Below are positions 1 to 13,494 of a stretch of 64,000 nucleotides of DNA, piece by piece. The translations under genes and the position numbers were made by a program. How positions within the stretch are numbered: the first letter of the stretch is position 1; the number at the start of each line of letters is the position of its first letter. The stretch is from Octopus sinensis (Eukaryota), in NCBI RefSeq assembly GCF_006345805.1, contig NC_043021.1, forward strand, positions 4,898,001-4,962,000. The letters are read 5' to 3'. The notes under the pieces are model-generated. The model was not told the origin of the DNA, did not search any database, and saw nothing but the letters and a program-made list of their open reading frames with translations.

Positions 1-199
1 ATTAAATAAGTACCAGTTACGCACTGGGGTCGATGTAATCGACTTAATACCTTTGTCTGTCCTTGTTTGTCCCCTCTATGTTTAGCCCCTTGTGGGTAAT
101 AAAGAAATATATATTAGCGGTTTGGGTTCTTCCGAAGGGTCTCTGGACTAACTTTACTCGACAGGGTGTGTAGGTCGGAGATCAGGGAGTCTCTTTAGG

Positions 200-365
200 T
201 CGAGCTGTTCACTACATTGAGAGATCACGGCTCTGGCACTACGGACATGTGATTATAATGTCACAGGAAAGTATCACAAGACAGATTCTTCAAACTGAGC
301 CAACCGGTAGGAGAGCCGGGGTAGATCAAAACAAGATCGTTGGATAACATCCATTGTCTTAATTA
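200..365 (+). mobile_element. RTE-like 3' remnant
   Basis: RLWHYGHV..MSQESITRQILQTEPTGRR. Confidence 0.45.
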
Positions 366-699
366 GTCACGCTTGGGAATCCAAGGATTGTGCATGAGGG
401 GACAGCCACGTTTGAGAAATTTCGAGTTGCACATGAGAAAGTAAGGAGGGATGTCAGGAAGGGCATCGCTGTTAGACTTCCTGAAGGGAAGGGTCTTCCT
501 TTGATTCTGTTATGATGGCTACTTCTGATAGAGCCCTACGGTGGGGGTGGCTGACGACTCGAACCCCACAATCCTAACAGGAATAATGGATGGAGAAAAT
601 GTATAGATGGATGGATAGCTGTTTGAAATGCCATCGGTTTAGTACCCTTATTATTTAAGCCCAAGAGAACCTCGACCGAATTGACTTATGAGCAAAGTT

Positions 700-1240
700 A
701 TTCAACCGAAGTTTACTCAAAGTAGCCGTCTTCAGCTTCCACCACTACAGCCTCATTTCATCCCTAGAATGTGGTGCATGCATTCCTCTCTGCATCTTTG
801 GAAAAATCTTTGAGCACTTCCTTGATCTTGGCTATCAGATTTTCTCGCCATTTAATGATGTGGGAAAAAAATTGACCCAGAAAAAAAGGAACTGGGTGGA
901 CAAATCTTATGAATCATATAAAAACGAACCAGCATCCTACAACACAAGCAACTGAACAACCATCTTTATTGAGTTTTCTTTCACCAAGAAATTGTTTGGT
1001 CAGTCGCTCGGCCTGAAATGTTTATGATTGGATTGAGTGGGTATGTGTTGGTTTAAAACCATTTTCCTTTACTGAAGACCCACTGACTCGTAAGTCTCTC
1101 TTGGTATTGCAAGCAGAAGGGTTGGTGTCTTTCTCAATCACACCCACTTATAGACTCATGTTTACGAATAGTGTGCACCATAAACTTCTTTGCTTTAACA
1201 CGAAGCCCATTTTCCGCCATATTTTCGTCTGACTCAGCGG
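700..1240 (-). mobile_element. Decayed Tc1/mariner (maT/DD37D-like) transposase remnant
   Basis: Broken frames give CPPSS and IAKIKEVLKDFSKDAERNACTTF*G*NEAVVVEAEDGYFE*. Confidence 0.5.
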
Positions 1241-1679
1241 TTTACTTTTGTTTCAAAATTCACAGGTTTTGCGAAATGGAACTTTTTGAAAATAGCTTTT
1301 ATTAATTGTATATTACTTTATGTATTTTTGTGGTGCGAATTCAAAATATCAATACAGCCAAGATTTTCTCGCCGTTTAATGATACAATATATTTTATATA
1401 TAATTTGTTGGTAAATCCACACATGGTAGGACAAAATGAAACTAATAAAAATGAATTTGGTACACTATTTAGCAAAATAAAATGTAAATGAGAAGTAAGA
1501 AAATAGATTTTTACGAGTGTTCTATTCATTTTCTTAAGTTCAACACCTTAAAGTTATTTATTTCAGAATTTGTTACAGAATTTTTAAGAATTGCATCTTA
1601 ACGTTCATATTCAAGGGGAGCAACTCCTGTCAAATAGAAAATAACGAAAATTAATATGTAAGGGAAGTAACTCATACCT

Positions 1680-1682
1680 TAA

Positions 1683-1714
<32 letters not shown>

Positions 1715-2292
1715 CTGTGTGTGTGAATATATATACGTATATATATATATATACATGTATATATATATGTACATATATATGTATATATGTATATATAGTT
1801 GTATATATATGAATATATATATATATATATATATACATGTATATATACATGTATATATATATATATGTATATATACATGTATATATATATATGTATATAT
1901 ATACATGTATATTTATACATGTTTATATATGTATATATAGATACATAGGAATATACATGTATGTATACATATATAAGTATATATAAGTATATATATGTGT
2001 GTGTGTATATATATGTATATATTTATATATGAATATATATGTGTGTGTTTGCCCTATGTTTGTACCTCCACCATCGTTATATATATATATGTTTATATAT
2101 ATAAGCACAGAAATATATATGTGTGTGTGTGTATATGTATGTGTGTTGCGTGTTTAATAGTACAGTAGACGAAAGGAACGCAGCGTAGGAGGAGGGCGAG
2201 TATGAGCCGTACGTAGATGCACTGAAGTAAAACACTTCAGATGTGCGATGCATGTTCTTTCCCCGAACTTCCCATTACCTTTACATACATAT

Positions 2293-2355
<63 letters not shown>

Positions 2356-2463
2356 ATATATATATATATATATATATGCCCTATATATATATATAACATC
2401 TATATATATTATATATATATATATATATCCATATATATATATATATATACATCTATATCTATA

Positions 2464-2507
<44 letters not shown>

Positions 2508-2530
2508 TGCCTACTATATATATACACTCT

Positions 2531-2576
<46 letters not shown>

Positions 2577-3118
2577 GCCATATATATATATATACATCTA
2601 TATATATACATATATATATGGCATATATATATATATATAATACTTATCTATATAATATATACTTACATGTATTGTATACATGTTATATATGTATATAGAT
2701 ACATAGGCATGGCCACAGCTCGTGAGCTGAAACTAGAAACTAGATAAAATAAATATATATATGTGTGTGTGTGTGTGTGTGTATAAATGTATGTATATAT
2801 GTATATATGATTCTATATGTATATATAATATAATACACACACACACCTATATATATATGCTTTAATTACAGGTGAGTGACGTATGCAGAGGGAGGCACTC
2901 TCTAACGTAATGAACTATAAAGTAGAATCTATTTATATATGAGAATGTTACCTTCATTCTTACACCTGGTCGGCGTTGCTGTTACTTCCTACTACAGCCA
3001 ACACAATCACCACCACCACCACCACCACCACCACCACCACCACCACCACCACCACTATATATACATGTGCATGTATGTATATATAGCCCAGTGGTTATAT
3101 ATATTGTTATATATATTG

Positions 3119-3150
<32 letters not shown>

Positions 3151-3154
3151 TATA

Positions 3155-3189
<35 letters not shown>

Positions 3190-3517
3190 GTGGAGGCGCA
3201 ATGGCCCAGAGGTTAGGGCAGCGGACTCGCGGTCGTAGGATCGCAGTTTCGATTCCCAGACCGCGGCGTTGTGAGTATTTATTGAGCGAAAACACCTAAA
3301 AGCTCCACGAGGCTCCGGCAGGGGGTGGGGGGGTGGCGATCCCGCTGTACTCTTTCGCCTCAATTTCTGTCACTCTTTCTTCTTGGCCTGGTCCCTTAGC
3401 CAGCGGAGTGGCGTCATTCGAAGGCTAAAACAATGCGAAGCGCATTGTGACCAGCGATGTGTAGCAACACTGTATAGCCTTGTCGGTCACAGTGATAGTG
3501 ATCACAATATATATATA

Positions 3518-3564
<47 letters not shown>

Positions 3565-3705
3565 CCTGCTCGCTTAGCCAGCGGAGTGGCGTCATTCGAA
3601 GGCTAAAATAATGCGGAAGCGCATTGTGACCAGCGATGTGTAGTAACATCTGATAGCCTGGTCGGTGACGGTGATCACGGTGATATATATATATATATCT
3701 CGGTG

Positions 3706-3779
<74 letters not shown>

Positions 3780-3790
3780 ATATACATACA
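1680..3790. repeat. Compound microsatellite field (TA, TACA, CAC, TAT)
   Basis: Direct inspection; explains the YI-rich spurious ORFs. Confidence 0.9.
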
Positions 3791-4269
3791 TATAATCTGC
3801 GTGTATGCATCCGTACTTATACGAGTGTGTGTGTGCTTAGATGTACACTCACACAAATGCGTGCACGCGTGCATACACGAAGGCACGCAGGCATATACAC
3901 GCGCTCTTACATATACACACACACGTATACACTTACGTACATACATGCGTGCACACTTTTATCTCCCTGTACATATGCACACGAGCGTACGCCCACGCGT
4001 GCGCATACACAAGTGTGCACGCGTACATACGTGCACATGCACGGGTGTGCACGTATATAGTCGCACATGAGCGCACATGTACGCCCGCGTACACAGATCC
4101 GTGCGCATGCATACAGTGAGCAGATGCACGTGCGCAATCACGCACATATGCACGCACATATACTCGTATGGTCATGTACGATGGCTGATGTACAAAGGGT
4201 GAGAGTTTGCGAATAGACAGGCATAGGGAAGTGTTGGGAAATAGTGATTTGCGGTTCTATTGATGGGGT

Positions 4270-5190
4270 TAATTTGTGACGGTGATCTTAGTGCAGGTGG
4301 TGCTAGGAGAAGCTGTTACGGAGGAGGCACATCCGGGTTGTCGGCAGCCAGTGACTTAGGTGCGCCAGGTGAATATGGTGATGCCTTGTTGATCCACTTG
4401 AGGCTGGATGTTTCGTGTCGGAGGTCACGAAGTCTCCAGAGAAAGTGCGACAGGTAAGTGGAGTTCTCTCTGTCCCTGGATCTAAATGAATGCAAATGCT
4501 GGGAATACCTTCCCTTGAAGTTATTGGCTGTCATGCCCGTATAGTGCCTAGTAATGCTATCGGACGGTGTAAGGTTGGCTCCTAGAGGGCAGGTGGTAGG
4601 ATTTCGGAAGTTGCAGGTTGGTGTTGTGGGTTGTGTGGGCGCGTATTTACGTCTGTTGATGTTTGTAATGCTAGATGCGATGTTGTCTAAGCAGGAGTAG
4701 CTTACCTTGACATTATGGAGTTGAAGAGTTTGGGGAATATTTCTTTATTAACGACAGGATGCCCCTGGTTGAGAGTGTTTAGACACTCGTTAGCTAACGC
4801 CTGAAACGCCTGATTACAGTGGGTGGGCAGTTTGAGCTCTTGTGGATATATACCGTTTCTTCATTAGGCCCCATGTAGGGGTAGTAGTTGCCCGTATTCA
4901 GGTCTAAGGTTACATCCAAGAAATCGACCATAGTCAGGTTGGTGGTAACCGTTATGGACAGGTCGAACTCTTTGAATATTTTTATCAAGTCCTTCCTGAA
5001 CCTGTCCATGGCGTAGCCATTCATATGACTTCAGATAGCCTGGCCAGCGTCCTTATAGAAAGCCGACCTATGTGGATGGGTACGTCTCTTGACGGTATCC
5101 AAAATGTATAACCCGACGAGGTCGGCGATTTCAGCCCCATCTAAACAATGGACCGCAGCCATGCAAAGGCACCACTTATAAGGGTCAACC
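4270..5190 (-). mobile_element. Penelope-like retroelement remnant (RT C-terminal half plus GIY-YIG; Naiad-type appearance)
   Basis: DGAEIADLVGLYIL..FYKDAG..DRFRKDLIKIFKEFDLSITVTTNLTMVDFLDVTLDLNTGNYYPY..YIHKSSNCPP, then GMTANNFKGRYSQHLHSFRSRDRENSTYLSHFLWRL; contains stops and frameshifts. Confidence 0.8.
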
Positions 5191-5551
5191 AAATCATTCC
5201 CGGCACTTACTTAAATCTGGTATTTATTCTATCGGTTTCTTTTGCCAAAACTTTTGGATACTTTTAGCTAATCGAAAGCCACAGACATACTGGTGTAGCT
5301 TTAGTTAAGCTATGCATAAAAATAACCACAGAGTGTATCGATGTATCGTTTATTTCACATCGGTCATCTAAACTGGCTAATATATGTAAATTTATAACGC
5401 GTATCCTCAGTATATCACGGGCTTTTGCGGCCGATAGGCATTTACATTTCATTTTAGATTTTAATCATATCGGTGGTAACATAAGCATTTTCACGCCTAA
5501 AAATTAATAAAACGATTAATTAAAATACAGTAGAGTACTGTATAATACATT

Positions 5552-5651
5552 NNNNNNNNNNNNNNNNNNNNNNNNNNNNNNNNNNNNNNNNNNNNNNNNN
5601 NNNNNNNNNNNNNNNNNNNNNNNNNNNNNNNNNNNNNNNNNNNNNNNNNNN
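5552..5651. other. Assembly gap (100 N)
   Basis: Run of N. Confidence 1.
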
Positions 5652-5897
5652 TTCTTTGAAAGCTGCCATAGTCAGAGTAATGTCCAAAATGAACCAGGAC
5701 CACTTGGTTCGAGCATGTCGATGATTTAGATCTCATATAGAAGCAGTTGTTGAAGCTGAGGATGGCTTTATTGAATAACATTATCGGAAAGAAGGTTTAT
5801 TTTTATCCTTATAGCATTTTTGATAAATGAAGTTATTATTTGTTTTTATAAATCTGGTTTTTATAAACATCTGTCCTCAAATATCTTACGCGCCCTG
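5652..5897 (+). mobile_element. Tc1/mariner (maT-like) 3' fragment with terminal repeat
   Basis: SLKAAIVRVMSKMNQDHLVRACR*FRSHIEAVVEAEDGFIE*, ending in ...GCGCCCTG. Confidence 0.6.
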
Positions 5898-5951
5898 TGT
5901 GTATGTGTGTGTGTGTGTGTGTGCAAGTGCGTATACGTGTGTAGACACACA

Positions 5952-5994
<43 letters not shown>

Positions 5995-6089
5995 GAGAGA
6001 GAGAGAGAGAGAGAATGGGAGAGACAGACAGACATATATACATTATATATTTACACTTTACACGTGCATGTGTGTCTATCTGTGTGTGC

Positions 6090-6120
<31 letters not shown>

Positions 6121-6556
6121 AGAGAGTGTACGGCTGTGCGAGGTAAATATTTGTGCGGGTACGTATCCACCTTGATGTCCACTCCGCCACCCACCCCGGC
6201 CACTGCTGGTACTCTGGAACTTCCCCAGGCTGCAGTATCCTTCAGATATTTATTTACAATGCAAGGGTAATTGATGGTGGTGGTGGTCATGGTGATGGTG
6301 GTGGTGGTGTGGCTGCTGCTGCTACTGGCGCTGCTACTGCTGGCATTGCTGGTACCTCCGTCGACGATCATAATTACAACAATTAAGTGTGTAGTGCAAG
6401 TGCGCGCGCGTGCGTGCGTGTGTGCTTGTGTCTGTGCGCGTGTGTGTATTTAATGTGTACCGAATTTAAGGTAGCGAGCTAGCAGAACCCTTAGTACGCT
6501 GGACAAAATGCTTAGCGGCATTTCGTCGGCTTTTACGTTCTGAGTTCAAATTCTCG

Positions 6557-6603
<47 letters not shown>

Positions 6604-8437
6604 AGTAGTAATAATAACGATAATAATTGTTCGATGGAATTTATAAATATCTTAATGCATCGCTACGCGCGTTTCCACAAATCACATGTTACTTAAGATC
6701 ATAGTCCGTATTCCTGGGATGATTACAGTACAGTCCGTTTTTTTTTTTTTTGGTAGGGGTGATGGTTCCGATTTTTAGACAGGTGTGAATCAGTGTTTGA
6801 GCGTTGTTTTGATTTTCTTATTTTCAGGAAAGGGTTGTTGGAAGCGTGCTCTGTTTGAAAGATGTTTTCATAGTGGGAGAATTAACGGGGCTCAATCGGA
6901 CACCGTTAATTCTCTCACGTAAACTCCAGACGAAAGCCATTACAGATGAACCTGAAACACAAAGATGCCCCAGGAAAAGAATGGCACTGGAAAAAATGAA
7001 AAGGGAAATAGAACTTCTAAAATTGAGGACCCAGACGAATGAAGATAAGGTAAAATCCATCGATGAAGAGATCAACCAAGAAATTAGCAAAATGACCCAA
7101 GGCCCCGATCAAGAGAAAATCTCCAAACTATGGAAAAAGGATTGTGATAAAGAAGAACTGAAATCCCTCTAACGCTGGGAGAAAAGCGCCTCTTGGTTCT
7201 AAAACTATGAAACCATCTTTGAAATAGAGCACGCTTCCATTAACCCTTTCCTTTTTTTAAGCCAAGTACTTGTTTTATCGGTTCCTTTTGCGGAACTGCT
7301 AAGTTACGGGGACGTAGACATACCAACAAGCGGTGATGGGGGAGGACAAACACAGATACAAAGACGTGTGTGTGCTTGTGTGTATGTGTGTGTGTGTATA
7401 CGACGGGCTTCTTTCCGTTTCCGACAACCAAATCAGCTCACAAGGTCTGGTCGGCCCCTATAGCTATGTTAGAAGACACTTGCTCAAGGTTGCAGGCAAT
7501 GGAAATGAACCCTGAACCATGTCGTTGGGAAACAAGCTTCGTACCTCACAGTTACGCTTCGTATATATGTGTGCGTGTGTGTGTACACACATACACACAT
7601 ATATATATATTTCTTTACTACCCACAAGGGGCTAAACATAGAGGGGACAAACAAGGACAGACAAAGGGATTGGGTCGATTACATCGACCCCTGTGCAAAA
7701 CTGGTACTTTATTTAATCGACCCCGAAAGGATGAAAGGCAAAGTCGACCTCGGCGGAATTTGAACTCAGAATGTAACGGCAGACGAAATACCTATTCTTT
7801 ATTACCCACAAAGGGCTAAACACAGTTGGGACAAATAAGGACAGACAAACGGATTAAGTCGATCATATCGACCCCAGTGCGTGACTGGTACTTTATTTAT
7901 CGACCCCGAAAGGATGAAAGGCAAAGTCGACCTCGGCGGAATTTGAACTCAGAACGTAACGACAGACGAAATACCGCCAAGCATTTCGTCCGGCGCGCTA
8001 ACGTTTCTGCCAGCTCGCCGCCTCACATACACACATATATATACATATAATACACCCATACTCTTTCCCACCTCCCGCTCCCTCTCTCTCTCCCTCTCTC
8101 TCTCTCTCTTCTCCATTAAGCCATGCCATCAGACATATCCATCAAGCCCACAAAACAAGCCTGCCTCCAACACCTCCAACGCTACCACCTCCAAGCTGCG
8201 AACGTTACATCTTTTCCATCAACCACCACCACCACCACCACCACCCTATCGCTGCCAGTCAAACATTTTATGCACAAGTGTTGAGAATGTCTGCGAGCAG
8301 CTTTCATCAACCAAATTTGTGGATGTATTTCGGTTTCAAACCAACCTTTGCTGCCATTCTCGCTAAAAATATAAACTAACAATCGTTAGCTTCCGAATTC
8401 CATGACTCACTGAATTTTATTTTACGTATATCAACCG

Positions 8438-8488
8438 ACCTATCTATATATCTATCTATCTATCTATCTATCTCTATATCTCTCTCTA

Positions 8489-8552
<64 letters not shown>

Positions 8553-8615
8553 ATCTATCTCTATCTCTCTATATCTACCTACCTTTCTATCTATCTATCT
8601 ACAGATAGATGGAAT

Positions 8616-8648
<33 letters not shown>

Positions 8649-8670
8649 GTAGGTAGATATAGAGAGATAG

Positions 8671-8703
<33 letters not shown>

Positions 8704-8758
8704 AAGAGATAGATAGGTAGGTAGATATAGAGAGATAGATAGAGAGAGAGAGAGAGAG

Positions 8759-8810
<52 letters not shown>

Positions 8811-8816
8811 GATAGA

Positions 8817-8859
<43 letters not shown>

Positions 8860-8904
8860 TGGATGGGAGAGAGATGGATGGATGGATGGACTGACTGACG
8901 GCAG

Positions 8905-8935
<31 letters not shown>

Positions 8936-9020
8936 ACAGACAGACAGACAGACAGACAGACACAGGCAGACAGACAGACAGACAGAAGCAGACAGACAGA
9001 CAGACAGGCAGGCAGACAGA
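8438..9020. repeat. (TCTA/TC)n followed by (TAGA/GA/GACA)n compound microsatellite with fold-back symmetry
   Basis: TCTCTCTATATCTACCTACCT near 8563-8583 and its reverse complement near 8648-8668. Confidence 0.85.
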
Positions 9021-9890
9021 TCCAAAACTAGGTCAAAAGTACTAAATTGATCTTTATGAAATTTGGAAATTATATTCTATGCATAAGGGCCATAACCTCC
9101 ATGACAATTCATATATTTTAACCATACATATTTGACACAAATGAAGTAATATTTATAAAATTTCATCTTCTTACAAGTTAGAATGACCCCTCCATGGGGA
9201 CTTAACACCCACAATTTTGTCATTTTCTAAGCAAAACGAATACTCTTGGAAGCTGTAGGGTTACCCGAGCATAAAAGATGAGAGTTATTTCTAATTCAAT
9301 GGTACAACAGTGTAACAGTTTGCTTTGACATACACTTACATTGTGATTTCTACAATGTGCTACATAAATTGTCGAGTAAATGAGAGGCATCTTTGCCTCC
9401 ACTAATTCAGTTGCAAAGTGTTGAGTAAAGTTATTTGATTGCAGACCTCCTTTCAGTCTTTTTATTATCACTGGGTCACACATAGTCCCCAGAGGGTAAC
9501 AATGATTTCAAGGCCCTCCCAGATGAGTGACTGGTTATTCAAAGACATTTATAAATTGTAAATTTATTCTGTCTTGTTACGTATCAGTATAGTGGTCATT
9601 TGCTAACTCCAGAGGTGACACTTTCATTCCTCCTTAGCCCTCACGTCACACAGTTATTAATGTTTATTTTAGTTGGGTCATGCCCTTCCAATTGCTATAG
9701 ATTCGTAATGCATCTTACAGCTGTGCCTGTCACCTGGATGGTGAGGAATCCTACATTGGGAGTGGTAACGACGACAGACAGACAGACAGACATTCTCAGT
9801 TTTATATAGAGAGAGATTTGTGACCGCGTGTGTACCGTTGGCGATTTTTTTCCTTCTGTCTTCCCTTCTCTGGATCTTTCCTTCTCCTAT

Positions 9891-9925
9891 GTTTTCGACG
9901 AAGAGCTCCGCTCGAAACGTTAAGC
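9891..9925 (+). ncRNA. Degenerate minimal hammerhead-like motif
   Basis: GTTT-TCGACGA-A-GAGC-TCC-GCTC-GAAAC-GT-T-AAGC; core positions 3 and 4 deviate from CUGANGA. Confidence 0.35.
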
Positions 9926-10019
9926 CCTCCTTCCTTCCTTCCTGAGCGTCCAATAATACTATATTTGTTCCACGTCCTCGTGTTGTTGTGTTTTCTCTTT
10001 GTGTTTTCATGTTTGGATT

Positions 10020-10022
10020 AAC

Positions 10023-10056
<34 letters not shown>

Positions 10057-10279
10057 TATATATATATACATATATACACACACACACTCGATAAATTTAA
10101 GTATGCATACATATATATATGCCGACACGCTTATATGTGTGTGTGTGTGTTGTGTGTGCGTATGTGTGTGTGTGTGTATGTGTGTGTGTGCGTGTGAATA
10201 TGAGTGGAGTGTATGCATATTGTTGGATAGTGTATGCCTGTATGTATATAGATATATGAATGTATGTATGTTGTATGTC

Positions 10280-10333
<54 letters not shown>

Positions 10334-10356
10334 ATAGAAATCTAAATGTAATAAAA

Positions 10357-10409
<53 letters not shown>

Positions 10410-10523
10410 TATAAATATGTGTGTGTGTATTTGTGTTTGTGTTCCTGTATGTCTATGCACACACACACACACACACATACACACATATATGTATGTATGC
10501 ATATATTTATATATTATTTATAT

Positions 10524-10557
<34 letters not shown>

Positions 10558-11120
10558 CAAACACACAGATACACATATATGTGTGTGTGAGTCTGTATGT
10601 ATGTATGTATGTATAAGATATACATTGCAAATGTTTATATGTGAGGCAGGAAACGGCGGTTACTGACAGTAACCTTATCTTTCTGAACTCTCTGTCTCCA
10701 CTCCACAAGCATCACCACCACCACCGCCACCATCATCCTTATAACATAACACCTTCCCATCTTCCCCCCTCTCTTATACGTCATTCTCTGACATCACCTT
10801 TCCCTACTAAACTCTTCCCCCCCCCTCGCCATCTCTCTTTCCTTCCCTCCCTTTCTCTCCTCGTCTCTTTCCCTTCTCTACTTCTCTCCTTATGAATCTC
10901 TCCTTTCTCCCTCTCTCTCTCGCGCCTTCTCTTTCTCTCTCTCCCTCTCCTTCTTTCTCTCTCTCTCTCTCGTGCCTTCTCTTTCTCTCTCTCTCCCTCT
11001 CCTCTTTTCTCCCCCTGTCCTTCTCTCTCTCTCGCCTTCTCTTTCTCTCTCTCTCCCAACTCTGCTTTCTGGATCTCTCTCTTCCTCTATCTTCTTTCTC
11101 ACTCTCTCTCTCTCTCTCTC
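10020..11120. repeat. TA/TG and CT-rich microsatellite field
   Basis: Direct inspection. Confidence 0.9.
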
Positions 11121-11371
11121 AATAAATAATATGGGGACCACTGCATTGATTTTCCTGGGTGGGTGGGGCCCTCACATGTCTAGGACCAGTTCTGACTTCT
11201 GTTGTGATTTACAGTCAATAAATAAATACCATAGGACCCTACACACTGATTTGCTTAGGGGCCACTGTTAAGGCAGCTCTGGTGGTGTTGTCAGGGTTAA
11301 GATACACACTCTAAGAATGACGCAATAAAAGCCATGCAGTGAGCCCAATTTGTGGTGGCACAACATGCCTA

Positions 11372-11870
11372 CATCATCATCATTGTTCGACCGTGGTCGA
11401 GACAATGGAATTTACCATGCTACGCCAGACTTCACGGTCCATCATAGCATTACGGAGGTCCTGTTGCTGGATGCCTGTATCCCTGGAGATTACATCAGGG
11501 TAGGAGAGTGTGTGCCTTCTTGTATTGCAAGTAGATGGCTTCCAGAGGAGAAGAGTAGAAATTACCTCTTTTTCAGCTCTACAACAATGTCCAGCAAACT
11601 GGACTCTCCTACCTTTCACAAGAGATGACACAGGTGGTAGTTTCCCATATATTTGCATTTTGGTTGGATGGCACCTCCACGAGAGATTTTGAGCTCTCAT
11701 AAGGAGGCGAGTGTAGGTTCCATCCAACCGCCTCTCAAGCTTCTTTGATAACGTCCAGGTTTCTGAGCCATATAGTAGAATTGGTTCGACTGTGGCTTTG
11801 AATATGCCTACAGATCCACACACTATTTGGTCTTCAGCAAACCATGGTGAGCACATACTACTTGATTTTT
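11372..11870 (-). mobile_element. RTE-like LINE 3' end
   Basis: IFKATVEPILLYGSETWTL..RRVQFAGHCCR..MMDREVWRSMV..*, followed by a (TGA)n tail. Confidence 0.85.
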
Positions 11871-13494
11871 AACAGATATGTGTGGCTTTTCAGTGACACT
11901 TTTTTAGTCCTCCCTAGTCCAGTAGACATATAATCGAAGGTATTCCGGTCATGACCTTCCCAACCTATTTCAAAGCATACACTGTTCACTGTACCCTTAC
12001 CTCCTTTAAGACAGTAATATGATCAAAGATGTTCCAGCTATGACCTTACCTTCTTATTTCCAGGTATAGTGTATCTAGGACTACACTTCCTATTGTGTCC
12101 TTCCCTTTCTATGACAGTAATATAATCAAAGATGTTCCAACTATGACCTTCTCTAATTTTCAGGCATAGTGTATCGAGGACTACACTATCCACTGTCCTT
12201 CACTTTCTTAAGGCAGAATTATGTAACTGCTATTTTTAGCACATCAAGTAAAGACTCTCTATTGCATTCAATGTTTAGCACTTTTGTTTAAACCCAGGTC
12301 AGCACTGAGTAAATCTGTAATTAAAGGCATTCCAGCCATGACTATTCCATTTCTTATTGAGATATAACTGCATTAATCACCACACACCACATCATCAAAT
12401 GTGTCCTTCCTTTACTCAAAGTGATAGGATGTGATTTGAGATATTTGGCTGCTATGTCTAGCAGATCAAGCGAGCCACATGCCAGCCATCATTCGACTTG
12501 ACCAACTTTGTGAGATGTTATTTTAGCTAATTAAAGAATTTAATAATTATTTAAATAATAATTATTAAATTACAGAATTCCTTTAGTCATATTAAATTTC
12601 ATAGTTCATTTAGAAGATTCCAGACTGACAGGAGTTTACAAGTGAGACAAGTGTTCAACATTTAATGTAATTATTACCCTGCCATCCTTCCATACTAACT
12701 CCAGTTCTCCTCTCCCTCTCTCTCTCCCCCTCTTACACATAGATGTGTATACACACATTGGATTCTCACATAAATTTGTTTGCTTTTTAATGTGGTATTC
12801 CATCATCACGTGTGAAAAAGACACATTCAAATTTCAAAAAATGGTAAAACAAAAGTTGTTGAAGAAGAATAGAGCTAAACAAAAAAAAACATAAAACACT
12901 ACGTTAAGTATATTTTTCATGTTAATTCAAAAAACATAGGAAAGGATTAAAATAAACAGAAAAAAAAAGATAGAGTTATGTTCCCCTTTGATATAAAGCC
13001 ATAAAGTTAGTTGTTGTAGAATGAATCAGAGGTGAGGATTCAAAAGTTTGCAATACAGCTGCTCAGTTCAGAGAGGGTGGTGTCCTCCAATTCACCAAGA
13101 AAAATTTGTCCCTATGCTTGCACTAGCTGGAAATTTCTGATCCAGGATTCAACAGTGTGGTGGAATTCTTAGAGCTAAAAAGGATATGGGATATTTCAGT
13201 TAAACATAAGTTGCATTTCTTAAGCCAATTAGCATATGGCACAGATTTTTCTACAACTTTCCACTTGATTGTATGTAGCACAAGAGTTAGACTTCAATGA
13301 TATCCTTGGTTAGACTAGGGATATCATAGAAGACGCTTGTGAGAGGTGCTGCATAATGGAACTGAACCTGAGTCCACATGGTTGGGAAGCAAACTTCTTA
13401 ACCACAGTCATGCCTACCTCTATAACATATACAAATCTTACATTTTATAACTTGCTTCAGTCATACTTTCTTGAGACAAGCAAACAGGAAATAA

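Noticed and set aside
5031-5033. In-frame TGA in the Penelope-like RT as possible selenocysteine (reported for some Naiad elements)
   Set aside because: The copy is decayed (YKDA, frameshifts) and no SECIS was identified; an alignment of intact family members would be needed
6655-6725. Minus-strand GAAAC-GCGC-GTA resembling a hammerhead stem III
   Set aside because: No recognisable CUGANGA core at the right position and the stem I partner is imperfect
13040-13190. Acceptor-like CCTTTTTAG on the minus strand followed by a short frame (KNSTTLLNPGSEISS*)
   Set aside because: No homology or partner exon is recognisable; insufficient support for a second gene
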